DNA from: Candidatus Latescibacterota bacterium
GTDB lineage: Bacteria > Krumholzibacteriota > Krumholzibacteriia > WVZY01 > JAKEHA01
Direction: 5' to 3'
Length of the DNA: 64,000 nucleotides
NCBI GenBank assembly: GCA_963707635.1
Contig: OY970173.1
Span: forward strand, 2,592,001-2,656,000
Positions within the stretch are counted from its first letter, which is position 1; each line of letters begins with the position of its first letter. The notes beneath the pieces were generated by a model, which was not told where the DNA came from, searched no databases, and saw only the letters and a list, made by a program, of their open reading frames with translations. Positions 1 to 10,536 of this stretch are shown one piece after another. The position numbers and the translations under genes were made by a program.

Positions 1-455
1 AGAACCAGTTTCTTGCCCTTGAGTCGCTCGTTGATGCGGACGATGAACATCGCGAACTTGGCGAAGGAGCTTTCCGCCGGCTGCGCCAGGAAATGCTTCT
101 CCAGCGAGATCTCCGGGTCGCCGATGGCGTCGACGATGCCCTGGCCGACCTTGATCAGGAAATCGAGGTCGTTCTCCACGGCCATGGCCTGCATGTCGAT
201 CAGGACGGGGAAAAAGTCGGGGCCGAGACGGCCCTGCAGCACCTGGAAGAGGATCGACGTCTTGCCGCTGCGGCGGCTCCCGCACAGCACCAGCAGGCCG
301 CCCTTTTCCGCTCCTCCGACCTTCTTCTGGATGTAGGCAAAATCATCCTCGCGACCGAAGAACATCTTCCGGTCCTTGATCGGGTTGCCCACGATGTAGG
401 GATTGTGAATCGGCTGGAACACGGCCTGATCGGAACTACCCATGGTGTCTTTCAT
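1..455 (-). CDS. P-loop (AAA/STAND-like) ATPase domain protein, 5' part only; runs off the window edge
   Basis: Not in the ORF track. Manual translation gives MKDTMGSSDQAVFQPIHNPYIVGNPIKDRKMFFGREDD...LLVLCGSRRSGKTSIL, with a Walker A motif preceded by the NPY..G.P...FFGRE motif typical of these ATPases. Confidence 0.8.
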   Translation of the reverse strand, partial: MKDTMGSSDQAVFQPIHNPYIVGNPIKDRKMFFGREDDFAYIQKKVGGAEKGGLLVLCGSRRSGKTSILFQVLQGRLGPDFFPVLIDMQAMAVENDLDFLIKVGQGIVDAIGDPEISLEKHFLAQPAESSFAKFAMFIVRINERLKGKKLV

Positions 456-500
456 CGCTCAACCGGAGTACTACCGCGCCGGCGGAGGCGACGCAAGCGG

Positions 501-1253
501 TCAATTGGACGGCGGGGGGGGAGGCGCGGCCAGGGGTTGCGGCTCGGGCGGGGTTCCCTCGTCGCCCCCGCTGACTCCGACGGCCACCGCCACCGCCGTG
601 ACCGCCGCACCACCGATCCAGGCGGGCCACCACCACCACGCCCGGTCCCGGTCCAGCGAGAGGCCGCTCAAGTCCCGCGTGAGTTCCGGCTGGATCTCGA
701 TTCGCGAGACGTAGTCCTTGTACCCGGATTTCGTAACCGTGAGGTCATACTCGCCCACTCGAACCAGGCTGAGAATGAGCGGCGTGTCGCCCACATGCGT
801 GCCATTCAAGTAAACCTTGCACTCCTTCGGCTGGCTGATGACGAACGAGCCGAACATCTCCTTGCGCAATTGATTGTAGACGTCGTTCACCCTGCCGGGG
901 AATTCCAGCTCGTCCGCCGTCAAGTCGGGGAACTTTTCCAGCGCGGCGCGCCCCGCCTCCCGCGCACCCTCCTCGTCGTCGTTCTGAACGTAGACGGTGA
1001 GGAGGTGGTTGTAGGCCCGGCGAAGGACCTCATCGGAGTTTACGTAGCTCGCGATGACTTCACTCAACATCGCGACCGCCTGATCGTACTTTCCGTCCAG
1101 ACGCAGCGCGACGATCTGCTCGAATGTGGACTGCACCGCTGCAGCCGATTTCGGTGCAGCCGTTTCCTGACCGGCCGCCGGCGCAGGGAGAGCCTGTGCG
1201 CCCACTACGGCAACGCACAGGCACCCCATGCACCGGAACCAGCCAATTCGCAT
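501..1253 (-). CDS. Exported TPR-like + PEGA domain protein with C-terminal TM helix and Pro-rich tail
   Basis: Signal-like N-terminus; helical segment GKYDQAVAMLSEVI; PEGA motif VYLNGTHVGDTP...GEYDLTVTKSGY; WWWWPAWIGGAAVTAVAV then PPPPP; AGGAGG upstream of ATG 1253. Confidence 0.75.
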   Translation of the reverse strand: MRIGWFRCMGCLCVAVVGAQALPAPAAGQETAAPKSAAAVQSTFEQIVALRLDGKYDQAVAMLSEVIASYVNSDEVLRRAYNHLLTVYVQNDDEEGAREAGRAALEKFPDLTADELEFPGRVNDVYNQLRKEMFGSFVISQPKECKVYLNGTHVGDTPLILSLVRVGEYDLTVTKSGYKDYVSRIEIQPELTRDLSGLSLDRDRAWWWWPAWIGGAAVTAVAVAVGVSGGDEGTPPEPQPLAAPPPPPSN

Positions 1254-1277
1254 ACTAAATGAGGACCTCCTCACGCG

Positions 1278-4235
1278 CTATTTGAGCAGCACCATCTTGT
1301 GCGTCTGTCTCGTCTGGCCAGCCTCGAAGTGGAGGAAATACACGCCGCTGGCCGCGGGGTTGCCCCCCTGGTCCCGGCCATCCCATTCGATCCGGTGCTG
1401 CCCCTGCGCCATCGGGCGGTCCACCAGCGTTCGCGCCAGTCTCCCGTTCACGTCGTAGATCTTGAGCGAGACGTACAACCCCGTCTCCAGCGTGAACTCG
1501 ACCGACGTGACCGGGTTGAACGGATTCGGCGAGGGCGCCTGCATCGACGTATGGAGTGTCCGCACTGGCTCATCGAAGATGGCGGTCGGCGAGCAGTTCC
1601 CCACCGGAAACGCGCCGATCTGGTTGGGCCCGCAGGGATGGTTGGCCGGGGCCGCCGGCGAATTGGGCGCCAGGAAGAAGTCCCCTTCGATGGTGGCGTC
1701 CGCCTGGCAGTTGTTCGAATAGTACGAGCTCGGATAGTCGCAGAAGTCGGGGATGCCCGTCGTGGTCTGTGTCGCGTGAATCACGCCGGTCCCCGCGATT
1801 TCATTGACGTCCGAGTGCGAACAACCGATCTCGAACTGGTTGTTCGCCAGTACGAATGCCTCCCCCTGCGGGCTGACGGTCGAGCAGTTGCCCCAGAGAA
1901 TCGTCCGGCTGAAATCCGCGCGGGCCAGTCGGCCGATGCCGACCTGCGTCACCCCCATGTAGACGCCGCCGCCGTCCTGCGCGCTGTTGGCCGCGATGGT
2001 GCAATTGTTGAAGACGGGCGTGATGTCGGCGTTGGTTGCGCGGCCGCAAATCGCGACCCCGCCGCCTTCGAAGGTGGCATGGTTGCCCGTAATCCTGCAG
2101 TTGGTGAACGTCACCGTGTACGGGCCCTCTGGTTCGTTGGTGCAGTCGAAGTAGAAGCCCGCGCCCCGGTCCGTCGAGTGGCCGGAGAACTCGCAGTTGA
2201 CGAACTGGTTGCTCGTGGGCACCGCCGTCGTCGACGCGGGCTCGCTGCCGGTTCCGGTGGCGAATGGGCTGGCGCCCAGGCCCGTCACGACCACACCTCC
2301 GGCGCCGTTCTCTCTGAATATGACCCCGTCGAACACGGCGGAGGCGGCGTTCACGACGACCCCTCGATCCGCGTTGCGCGAAATGTCGCTGTTCTCGATC
2401 ACGCTCCAGGCGCGCTCGTTCTCCGGAGGACTCGGATCGACCACCATCTGGACTCCCGCCAGCGACGCGGCCGGTTCCAGGTACACACCGCAACCGCCAT
2501 TGCCGGTGACTTGTGTGGTGGTGATCATCATCGGCGTGGCGACCCTCACCGCGTTGGGCGTTTCATTGTTCCGAACGATGCATTCCTCGAGTGTCGGGTT
2601 CCCTCCCACAAACTCCAGCACGCCGTTCATGGTGGTAACCGTATTTTCCTCGATCGTGCAGGACTTGAACACCGGGTCGCCGCTTTCGACGCGCACGGCG
2701 CTGGCCTCACCGTCGTTCTGCTTGATGATGCAATCGCGTATGACGGGCGAGCTTCCTCCGTTCACGAGCACGGCCGAGCCGGGCACTCCGGCGGCACCCC
2801 GGGTGAAGGTAAAGCCCTCGACCACGGCCTCGTCGCTTTCGCCATTCTGGAACACGATGCCCCGTACCGAATTGCCGCCGTCGATAATGGCCTGCTCCGC
2901 TCCACCATGCGACTTGAGCACAATGTTCTTGCCCCCGAAATCGAGCTCGGTGTTGCGCGGACCCGACCAGGTGTCGTCGGCCACCAGGACGGTGTCTCCC
3001 ACACCGCTCACCGCCCGGTCGATGGCATCCTGGATCTTAGCGAACTGTCCGCCGTCCCCGACACCGAGCGAGCGGCCCGTGCAGCCCTGCGGCTGCGAAC
3101 CGATCAGCTGCTCGCACGGACTATGTGCGGCCAGGGCCGGAGAATCATCGTCGAGGGTGTAGTCGCCGCCCGTGGTCGGAGCGCTCGTGCAGGCAAACTC
3201 ACCGCAGAAAAGCGGGTCGGCATGAATCGTGTTCCCGTCGTAAAGCGCGGTTCCACTGCCCTCCACACCCGAGTTGTCTACATCGCTGCAGGCAAACGAA
3301 ACGCTGGCCCAGAAAGCGACGTAGATCTGGTCGCCCGGCGCGTCCGCACAGTTGCTCCAGACGGTCGTCCGGGTGACGGGTGGCTGAACCGAGGCGGCCA
3401 CGTACATCCCGCCCCCTTTCGCGAGCGCATGATTGGCGGCAATTGTGCAACTGGTGATGTCGATGTCGCTGCTGAAGACGATCATCAGCCCTCCACCGAA
3501 CGTCGCCAGGTTTCCCGAGATCGTACTGTGGTCGATTATCGGGGAACCGTTGTAGTACACGAACAAGCCACCCCCCTGAAACGCCTGGTTTCCGCTGATG
3601 GTGCAGTTCGTGAACGTGGACACGCCGTCATTGTGTCCATAAACCAAACTCGGCTGGAGCTCCGCTTCCACATCGTATTGAAAGTCCTCGCCCACTCCGA
3701 TCCCCCCGCCAAGCAGCGCCTCGTTCTTTTCGATCGTGCAATCAATGAAGGTGGGGGAACTATCTTCACTCACAAAAACCCCACCGCCAGCCGCCCCGGC
3801 CGAGTTTTCGACGATTACGCAATTCTTGATGGTCGGCGAGTTATGACTCTGCACGCTGATGCCCGCGCCCAGGGAAGCGCTGCCATGCGTAATCGTGAAT
3901 CCATCGACGACTGCCGTGTGATTGACATTGCCGTGCAGCGCGATACCCCGGGCGACTCCCTGACAATCGATGGTCGTCAGGCTCGCGCCGCCGGCCGACA
4001 TCAGCACGATGTTCCGGTTGCCAAAATTGATGTCCCTGTTGCCCGGCCCGGTGTACGTGCCGCTCGCCACCAGGACCGTGTCACCGGTCGCCGCGGCATT
4101 GATCCCGGCCTGAATGGTCGGATAGTCGCCGGGGACGTGGATCACCGCCCCGGCCCAGGCGCTCGCGTCCGGCAGGGCCAGAACAAAAGTGCAAAGCAGG
4201 AAACAGCCGGCGGTTGCACGGCACCAGTTTCTCAT
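1278..4235 (-). CDS. Secreted right-handed beta-helix repeat protein (two tandem modules) with FlgD-Ig-like C-terminal domain
   Basis: Two modules beginning TIQAGINAA..GDTVLV and KIQDAIDRA..GDTVLV; many N-A-xx-GGG repeats; C-terminus SPNPFNPVT...HKMVLLK; AGGAGG 9 nt before ATG 4235. Confidence 0.8.
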   Translation of the reverse strand: MRNWCRATAGCFLLCTFVLALPDASAWAGAVIHVPGDYPTIQAGINAAATGDTVLVASGTYTGPGNRDINFGNRNIVLMSAGGASLTTIDCQGVARGIALHGNVNHTAVVDGFTITHGSASLGAGISVQSHNSPTIKNCVIVENSAGAAGGGVFVSEDSSPTFIDCTIEKNEALLGGGIGVGEDFQYDVEAELQPSLVYGHNDGVSTFTNCTISGNQAFQGGGLFVYYNGSPIIDHSTISGNLATFGGGLMIVFSSDIDITSCTIAANHALAKGGGMYVAASVQPPVTRTTVWSNCADAPGDQIYVAFWASVSFACSDVDNSGVEGSGTALYDGNTIHADPLFCGEFACTSAPTTGGDYTLDDDSPALAAHSPCEQLIGSQPQGCTGRSLGVGDGGQFAKIQDAIDRAVSGVGDTVLVADDTWSGPRNTELDFGGKNIVLKSHGGAEQAIIDGGNSVRGIVFQNGESDEAVVEGFTFTRGAAGVPGSAVLVNGGSSPVIRDCIIKQNDGEASAVRVESGDPVFKSCTIEENTVTTMNGVLEFVGGNPTLEECIVRNNETPNAVRVATPMMITTTQVTGNGGCGVYLEPAASLAGVQMVVDPSPPENERAWSVIENSDISRNADRGVVVNAASAVFDGVIFRENGAGGVVVTGLGASPFATGTGSEPASTTAVPTSNQFVNCEFSGHSTDRGAGFYFDCTNEPEGPYTVTFTNCRITGNHATFEGGGVAICGRATNADITPVFNNCTIAANSAQDGGGVYMGVTQVGIGRLARADFSRTILWGNCSTVSPQGEAFVLANNQFEIGCSHSDVNEIAGTGVIHATQTTTGIPDFCDYPSSYYSNNCQADATIEGDFFLAPNSPAAPANHPCGPNQIGAFPVGNCSPTAIFDEPVRTLHTSMQAPSPNPFNPVTSVEFTLETGLYVSLKIYDVNGRLARTLVDRPMAQGQHRIEWDGRDQGGNPAASGVYFLHFEAGQTRQTHKMVLLK

Positions 4236-4285
4236 TGTAACCATCCTCCTGGGGGGCTCGACCGGTTGCCCGGTGGCCTGCTGCA

Positions 4286-7200
4286 CTACTTGATAAGCAA
4301 CATCTTCCTGGTTTCAGTCATTTGCCCGGCGGTCATGCGACAGAAGTAGATCCCCGACGCCACGGGATGCCCCGCGTCGTCCGTCGCATTCCAGGTTACT
4401 TCGTAAGCGCCCGGTTGCCGGTTGCCGACATACAAGTCGCGAACACGGGCGCCGCTCACATCGTAAACTCTGATCGCCACGGGTGCCGCTTCCGCGATCT
4501 CGTAGCGAATGATCGTCACCGGGTTGAACGGATTGGGACGGTTCCCGCGCAGGGAGGTCCTCGCCGGCGACCCCGGCAACTCATCCTTCCCTGGCATCCG
4601 CGAACGCCTCGCTACCCACCAGGAGTACAAAACGCGCCTGGCTTTCGTTGGTGACGAAATTTCGTTTTCCTTCATAGAATACGTACCGCCCCTGTTTGCG
4701 CAGATCGACCACCCGTTTCAGGTCGTAATCGATGAGCAGCACCCGGGCGTCCGGCGCCAGGTCGTCGATGCCGGAGAATGCCAGCGCGACCTCGTCCCCG
4801 GCCGACACGTCGGCGAAGCTCTTGGCGACGTCGAAGCGCCAGAGGTGACCCCACACGTCGGAGCCGAGCCCGAACTCTTGAACCGCGGCCTCGTCGAGGG
4901 CCTCGTAGCCGCCCCGCATGTCCACCGTGTAATTGCCGTTTCCACCGCGCCAGTCGCGGTGCGGAAAATATAGAGACACCGAGCGATCGGGGCTCATCGG
5001 CGCCTCGGAGCGGTCCGCCGCGTCCCACTGGTCGCGGGCGCCGCGTCTCATCCCCACGATGTTGTGCGAGTCGATCGCACCCCGCGACGCCGCCGTGATC
5101 GACACGCGCCACTCGCGTTCGGATGCGGTCTGGCTGCCCGCCGCGGCAACGGCGACGTGACCGGGCCCGTTCGCGGACGGTGTCGCTTCCCGCGGAGGGA
5201 TCTTCAACCGGAACGTCGACGCCGTCCGGTTCCTGACCCAGTATCCCTCCCACGGCTCGAGCCGGTCCACGTCGTATCCGTAGTGATCTCCGCGCCAGGC
5301 CACGGGAGGTTCAACCAGAGCCGAATCGACGCCGACCGACGCCCACGAAACCGGGAACGCGAATGGCTGACCGATCAGATTCCAGCCGGGCTCGAGTGCC
5401 AGCGCGAACGCGCTGTCCGTCGGCGCCGACTCTCCGAACACCGGAGCCGTATCGAGCCGGTACTGGGCGTTGGTGATCAGCCAGTACCCTTTTCCCTGCT
5501 CGAACGCCAGCACGCTGTCGTTGGGCACCTCCACGTAAACCGAGTCGGCCGCGTCGTAGCCGAACAACCGCCACCGGGTCGCATCCGGGAAGCCGACGTC
5601 GTCCTGGAGGACCCGGATGATCGACACGTTGCTCTCCAGTTCGAGTGGAACCGACATCAGGCGATACTGCAGACCCGGGTGGGTGACATTCTCCACCAGA
5701 TTGGTCGCCGTCACGCGGATGGCAATCGGCCGCTGGGACGGGTTCGTCCGCGGGTCGGTGAGGGTCTCGCTCGGAGTCTGCGCCTCCGCGTAGTACTCGA
5801 TCCCGCGCTCCCCGACCCAGTCGGATGGAATCGTGGCGAAGGGCAGGGGGTTGCCTTCTTCGAAGCCGGTCTGCTGGTAGACGCTCTCTCCGCCGCGACG
5901 ATAAAACAGCCGGGCCTGGTCGCGGGTGACGCCCGGTGGGAGGCGCAGCTCGACAACGATGTCGCGCGTCTCGAAGAACTCGGAGCCACTGCTGGGCCGG
6001 GCGGAGGTATCGACCAGTGGAATCTGACCGACTTCCACCAGGTAGGATGGGGTGCGACGTGTGACGCTTACCCGCTTCGGAATCTCGATGGTGGTGAGCC
6101 GAAGGACGATGTCTCGCGGGTCGGACGGGACGCGCGACGTGTCCCAATCGATCGAATCCGCCATCGCCGCCGGCGAGGTGGCGAACATGCCGACCCGGCC
6201 GACCCGGCCGTCCACATCGGCCCGGTACCACGTGGGGTCACCCTCGAACTGATACTCGGCGAGCATCCAGACGGGGTCGGACTCGACGTCCACGAGCGAG
6301 AAGGCGATCCGCTGCGTGTTCGGACCGATGTGCCTGACCTTGACCGACGAGAGAAAGGCAGTGTTGTTCGTCTGGTTGTGGGTCGGTGCCAGCGGATCAC
6401 GCCGATAGGGCGGATTCTTGTTCCCCGCGTAGAGCGCGTTGGGCGCGAGCTCATTTCCAAAAACGGCGTCGAGATCCCCGTCGCCGTCTACGTCACCGAG
6501 TGCCACGTCTTCGGTATCGCTCAGCGGCCCGGACAACCAGGTCGGGCTTCTCTCCAGCGTGCCCCCCTCGTTCATGTACGCGAGGTTGGGTTGCGCCAGC
6601 TCGTTGCCGCAAACCAGGTCGAGATCGCCGTCGCCGTCGAGATCGCCCAGCGCCACGCTCGTCGTCGGCCGCGAGGGCGGGCGGGATGACCAGCCGGCCG
6701 ACGGCGCGAAGGTGCCGCCCTCGTTGAAGTAGGCCGTGGTGGCCTGCGGATTGTTGGCACACACGAGGTCGAGATCACCGTCTCCGTCGAGGTCTCCCAG
6801 CGCCACGTCGGTGGTGAAGAGCTCTTGCGAGCTGGACCACGCGGGGGCCGAAGAGAACATCTCTCCGTCGTTCTTGTACATCGTGCTCGGATCGCCGTTG
6901 TTGCCGCAGACGAGGTCGAGATCGCCGTCGCGGTCGACGTCGCCCAGCGTCACGCCGCTGGTCCGCAGCGCTGCATTCGAATGCCACGCGGGACGCGTAT
7001 CGAAGGTCGTCCCCAGATTGAGATAGACGGTGCTCGAGTCCGCCCCGTTCCCGCAGACCAGGTCGACGAAGCCGTCGCCGTTCACGTCGCCGATCGCGAT
7101 GCTGGTCGTGACCTCCTGGGGCTCCGACACCCAGGTGGGAGCCGCCGTGAATACGGCGCCGATATTCTCGTACGCGGTGCTGGCCTCGCCGTTGATGCCC

Positions 7201-8600
7201 TGGTTGCCGCAGACCAGGTCGATGCGATCGTCGCCGTTCACTCTAGCCAGTGCAATGGACGCCGTATATCGCAATTCCCCCGACGACCAGGCCGGCGTCG
7301 TTTCCAGCCGGCCGCTGTCGTTTCGATACAACGCGCTGACCATGGCCTCCGCGCCGCCGTTGCCGCACACGAGGTCCAGGTCGCCGTCGTTGTCCACGTC
7401 GCCCAGGGCGACACTCTTGGTTCGATTGATTGCGGGCCCGGCGGATTCCCACGACGGCATCGTTTCGAGCGGGGGCGTCAGGTTGAGGTACGCCGTGCTG
7501 AGCTGGTCCGCGTTGCCGCAGATCAGATCCAGGTCACCGTCGCCATCGACGTCGGCCAACGCGATGGCGATCGTCCGGTCGCCGCGGCTGGTGGACCAAT
7601 CGGGTATCGAGTCGAGCGTGGTCGCACCCGGGTCGTTCAGATTGTTCAAGTAGAGGGTGCTCGGCTCCGCGAGGTTCGCAAAGACCAGATCGAGGTCGCC
7701 GTCGCTGTCCACGTCGGCCACGTCCACGTCCTCGCCCGCTTCCGTCGGTCCGGACTGCCACGACGGCGCCGTCGCGAAAAGCGAGTCGCTCTGGTCGTAA
7801 TAGATCGCGTGGGTCTGATTGAGGTTCGCACAGATGAGATCGAGCCGGCCGTTACCGTCAATGTCGGCCAGCGCGATCCCCAACGTCTGATGCCCCGGGT
7901 CGGAGGTCCAATCGGGTATCGAGTCGAGGGCGCCCTGCTGATTCAGGTAGACGTGGTTCTTCCCGGGACCATTCCTGTCCGCCACATTGCCTTCGACGAG
8001 ATCGAGATAGCCGTCCCCGTCCACGTCCCCCAGCGACACACACCGGGTCTCGTTGGGCCCGCCGATCTTCAGCGGGGTGTCGGGAAACTGGCCGTCGTCG
8101 TTCATGTAAATCGCATTGGGAAAAAGTGGAACTCCGAATACGACGTCGAGATCGCCGTCGTTGTCCAGATCGCCAAGCGCCACGCTCTCGCCGGTGTTGG
8201 CGGTCCACAGCGTGTCGGCGGGCACCCGGCTCAGCATGCCCCCCTCGTTGAGGTAGAGGGTATTCGCGCCCCCGAAATTTCCGCAGACGAGGTCCAGATC
8301 GCCGTCACCGTCGATATCGCCCAGCGCCATGCTCCGCGTCCGGTCGATGGAAACGGGAAGCCAGGCCGACACGATCCCGAACATCCCGCCCTCATTGAGA
8401 AAAAGCGTGTTGGCCTGCTGCGAATTACCGCAGACCAGGTCCACGTCACCATCGAGGTCGATGTCGCCCAGCGCCACACTACGGGTGGTGTTGGGCTCCG
8501 GCGATTCCCAGTGCGGCTCGGGGGTGAAGAACACGACTTGCGGCCACGCGACCGCGGGCGCCAACACGAGGGGCCCGCCGACGAGGAGCAGTCTGCTCAT
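4286..8600 (-). pseudogene. Large secreted FG-GAP/VCBS repeat protein with FlgD-Ig-like C-terminal domain, split by a 1-nt frameshift near 4590 (possibly a sequencing error)
   Basis: ORF 4581-8720 has 14 xxD(I/V/L)DxDGDxDL-type repeats and stops at AGG GAA GGA TGA. The +1 frame continues KDELPGSPARTSLRGNRPNPFNPVT...RKMLLIK to 4286. Confidence 0.75.
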
Positions 8601-8876
8601 ATGCCTGGCACTCACGCCAAAGAACACCCGCCACCTCGAACCGTGTGAGGAGTCGTAGCCAAGATCGTTTGTCAGGCCACCGAATTGGGGCTCGCCGTTA
8701 CGAATCTTTGGGACAGGCAATTATACCTGAAATGGGCTTCAACCTTCCCCTCAAATTATTCTCCAGAGCAAGGTTGGCGCTTCGGGTGATTCGCCGGCCT
8801 GAAGGGGGCCGACCCGGTCGGCCGGCCCACCGGGGATGATCGCCGGAGGGTGGTTTGGATGGCAGGCCAGCCGCTG

Positions 8877-10532
8877 CTACTTGAGCAGTGTCATCTTGTA
8901 GCTGCGCGCACCGGCCGGCGACGTGATTCGCCCGAAATACACGCCCGAACTCACCGGGCGGCCTCGATCGTCGCGGCCGTTCCATCTGGTCGAGTAGGCG
9001 CCCGCGATCTTGTCCCCGTCCACGAGGGTGACAACGCGCGCGCCGCGGGGGTCGAACACTTCGATGGTGACACGTCCCCCCGCGGGCACCGTGTACCGGA
9101 TCGTTGTCGCGGGGTTGAACGGGTTCGGATACGCGGAGATCGAGGGCAAGTTGGTCACCGGCGTTGCGCGCGCGCCGGTCGGCGTGGTAGTGAACTTCGC
9201 TACGAACGCGTCGAAACCCCCGGAGGCGGTCAACGGCCCGCCCCCGAGGTCGACCACCCCCTGGAAGAACCCGGTCGCGACCATGTCGTCCGACGCGTCG
9301 GTCGCGATGCACGCGACCTCCTGGGTCGCTGAATCGCCGTAGCGCTGGCTCCACTGGTACACGCCCGACACGTCGAATTTCGCGAGGTAGAAGTCGGTGC
9401 CGCCGAGACTCGTCAGGTCGCCGCCCCCGAGATTCACGGTACCGTCGAAATCACCCGCCATATAGACGTCCCCCCACGAGTTCGTCGCCGCCGAGGCGCC
9501 GTACTGATCGGCGCCGTCTCCCCAGCGATGGCTCCACTGGTAGGCGCCCGCCGCGTCGACCTTGGCGAGAAACGCGTCCGAACCCCCGGCGCTCGTGAGC
9601 GGGCCGCCCCCGAAGTCCGTCGTGCCCAACATCCCGCCCGTCAGGTAGACGCAGCCCCAATGATCGGTCACCACCGCGCGAGGTTCCTGACTCTCGGAGT
9701 CACCGTAGCGCTTGCTCCACGCGTGCAGCCCGGCGTAGTCGAACTTCGCGAGAAAAATGTCGAAATCCCCTGCGCTCGTGAGACTGGAGCCACCCAGATT
9801 GATGGTGCCCTTGAACGGTCCGGCCACGTAGACGTCCCCGTAGGCGTCGGCCGTCATAGTGGTGCCGCGTTGATCGGCGGCATCTCCGAATTGCTTGCTC
9901 CATTGATGGACGCCGTCGGAATCGAAACCGGCGAGGAAGACCTGATAGCTCCCGGTACTGCCTAGATTCGCGCCCCCGAAGTTCACAGAGCCGAGAAAGT
10001 ACCCGGTCGCGTAGACGTCCCCGGCAGCGTCCACGCCGATCGACATGCACCGCTGCTCCGACGCATCGCCGAAGCGCTTGCTCCACTGATGCGTACCCGC
10101 AGAGTTGAACTTCGCGAGGAAAACGTCGCGGTCGCCGGCGCTGGTGAGCGGGCCGCCTCCGAAGTCGACCGTGCCCTGGAAGAACCCGCCTACGTAGACG
10201 TCTCCCGCCGCGTCCGTCCCCACCGCGTAACCGTTCTGCTCGGCGGCATCTCCGAAGTGCCGGCTCCATTGATACGCGCCGAGGGCGTCGAATTTCACGA
10301 GGAAGACGTCGGAGTTTCCCGCGCTGGTCAGATCGCCACCTCCGAAATCAAGCGAGCCGAGGAAGTATCCGGTCACGTAGATGTTCCCGAACGCGTCTGT
10401 GGCTATCGAACGCGCATTCTGACCGTCCGTGTCGCCGAAGTGCTGGCTCCAGAGCTGGCCCGGCGACGCCGCCGTCGCCGGCTGGTTCAGGCAGGTCATC
10501 AGAAGCATGGCTGCGAGGGTCGTTCGTCTCAT
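8877..10532 (-). CDS. Secreted seven-repeat beta-propeller (SBBP-like) protein with FlgD-Ig-like C-terminal domain
   Basis: Signal peptide; seven ~61-aa repeats WSxx(F/Y/W)GD...D.FL.KFD; ends YPNPFNPAT...YKMTLLK. Confidence 0.8.
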   Translation of the reverse strand: MRRTTLAAMLLMTCLNQPATAASPGQLWSQHFGDTDGQNARSIATDAFGNIYVTGYFLGSLDFGGGDLTSAGNSDVFLVKFDALGAYQWSRHFGDAAEQNGYAVGTDAAGDVYVGGFFQGTVDFGGGPLTSAGDRDVFLAKFNSAGTHQWSKRFGDASEQRCMSIGVDAAGDVYATGYFLGSVNFGGANLGSTGSYQVFLAGFDSDGVHQWSKQFGDAADQRGTTMTADAYGDVYVAGPFKGTINLGGSSLTSAGDFDIFLAKFDYAGLHAWSKRYGDSESQEPRAVVTDHWGCVYLTGGMLGTTDFGGGPLTSAGGSDAFLAKVDAAGAYQWSHRWGDGADQYGASAATNSWGDVYMAGDFDGTVNLGGGDLTSLGGTDFYLAKFDVSGVYQWSQRYGDSATQEVACIATDASDDMVATGFFQGVVDLGGGPLTASGGFDAFVAKFTTTPTGARATPVTNLPSISAYPNPFNPATTIRYTVPAGGRVTIEVFDPRGARVVTLVDGDKIAGAYSTRWNGRDDRGRPVSSGVYFGRITSPAGARSYKMTLLK

Positions 10533-10536
10533 CGTG

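Noticed and set aside
1299..4349. 1016-aa plus-strand ORF and many other long antisense or alternate-frame ORFs (e.g. 34812-37892, 29424-31493, 37870-39810)
   Set aside because: They shadow well-supported genes, are Arg/Gly/Ala-rich without motifs, and are expected in high-GC DNA with strong codon bias.
4575..4600. Programmed +1 frameshift or selenocysteine readthrough at GGA TGA
   Set aside because: GGA to GAT re-pairing is poor, and in-frame readthrough would not reach the CTD, which is in another frame.
6440..10450. Periodic DNA repeats that might suggest a CRISPR array or tandem repeat
   Set aside because: They are degenerate, in-frame protein repeats (FG-GAP and propeller blades), not identical repeats with unique spacers.
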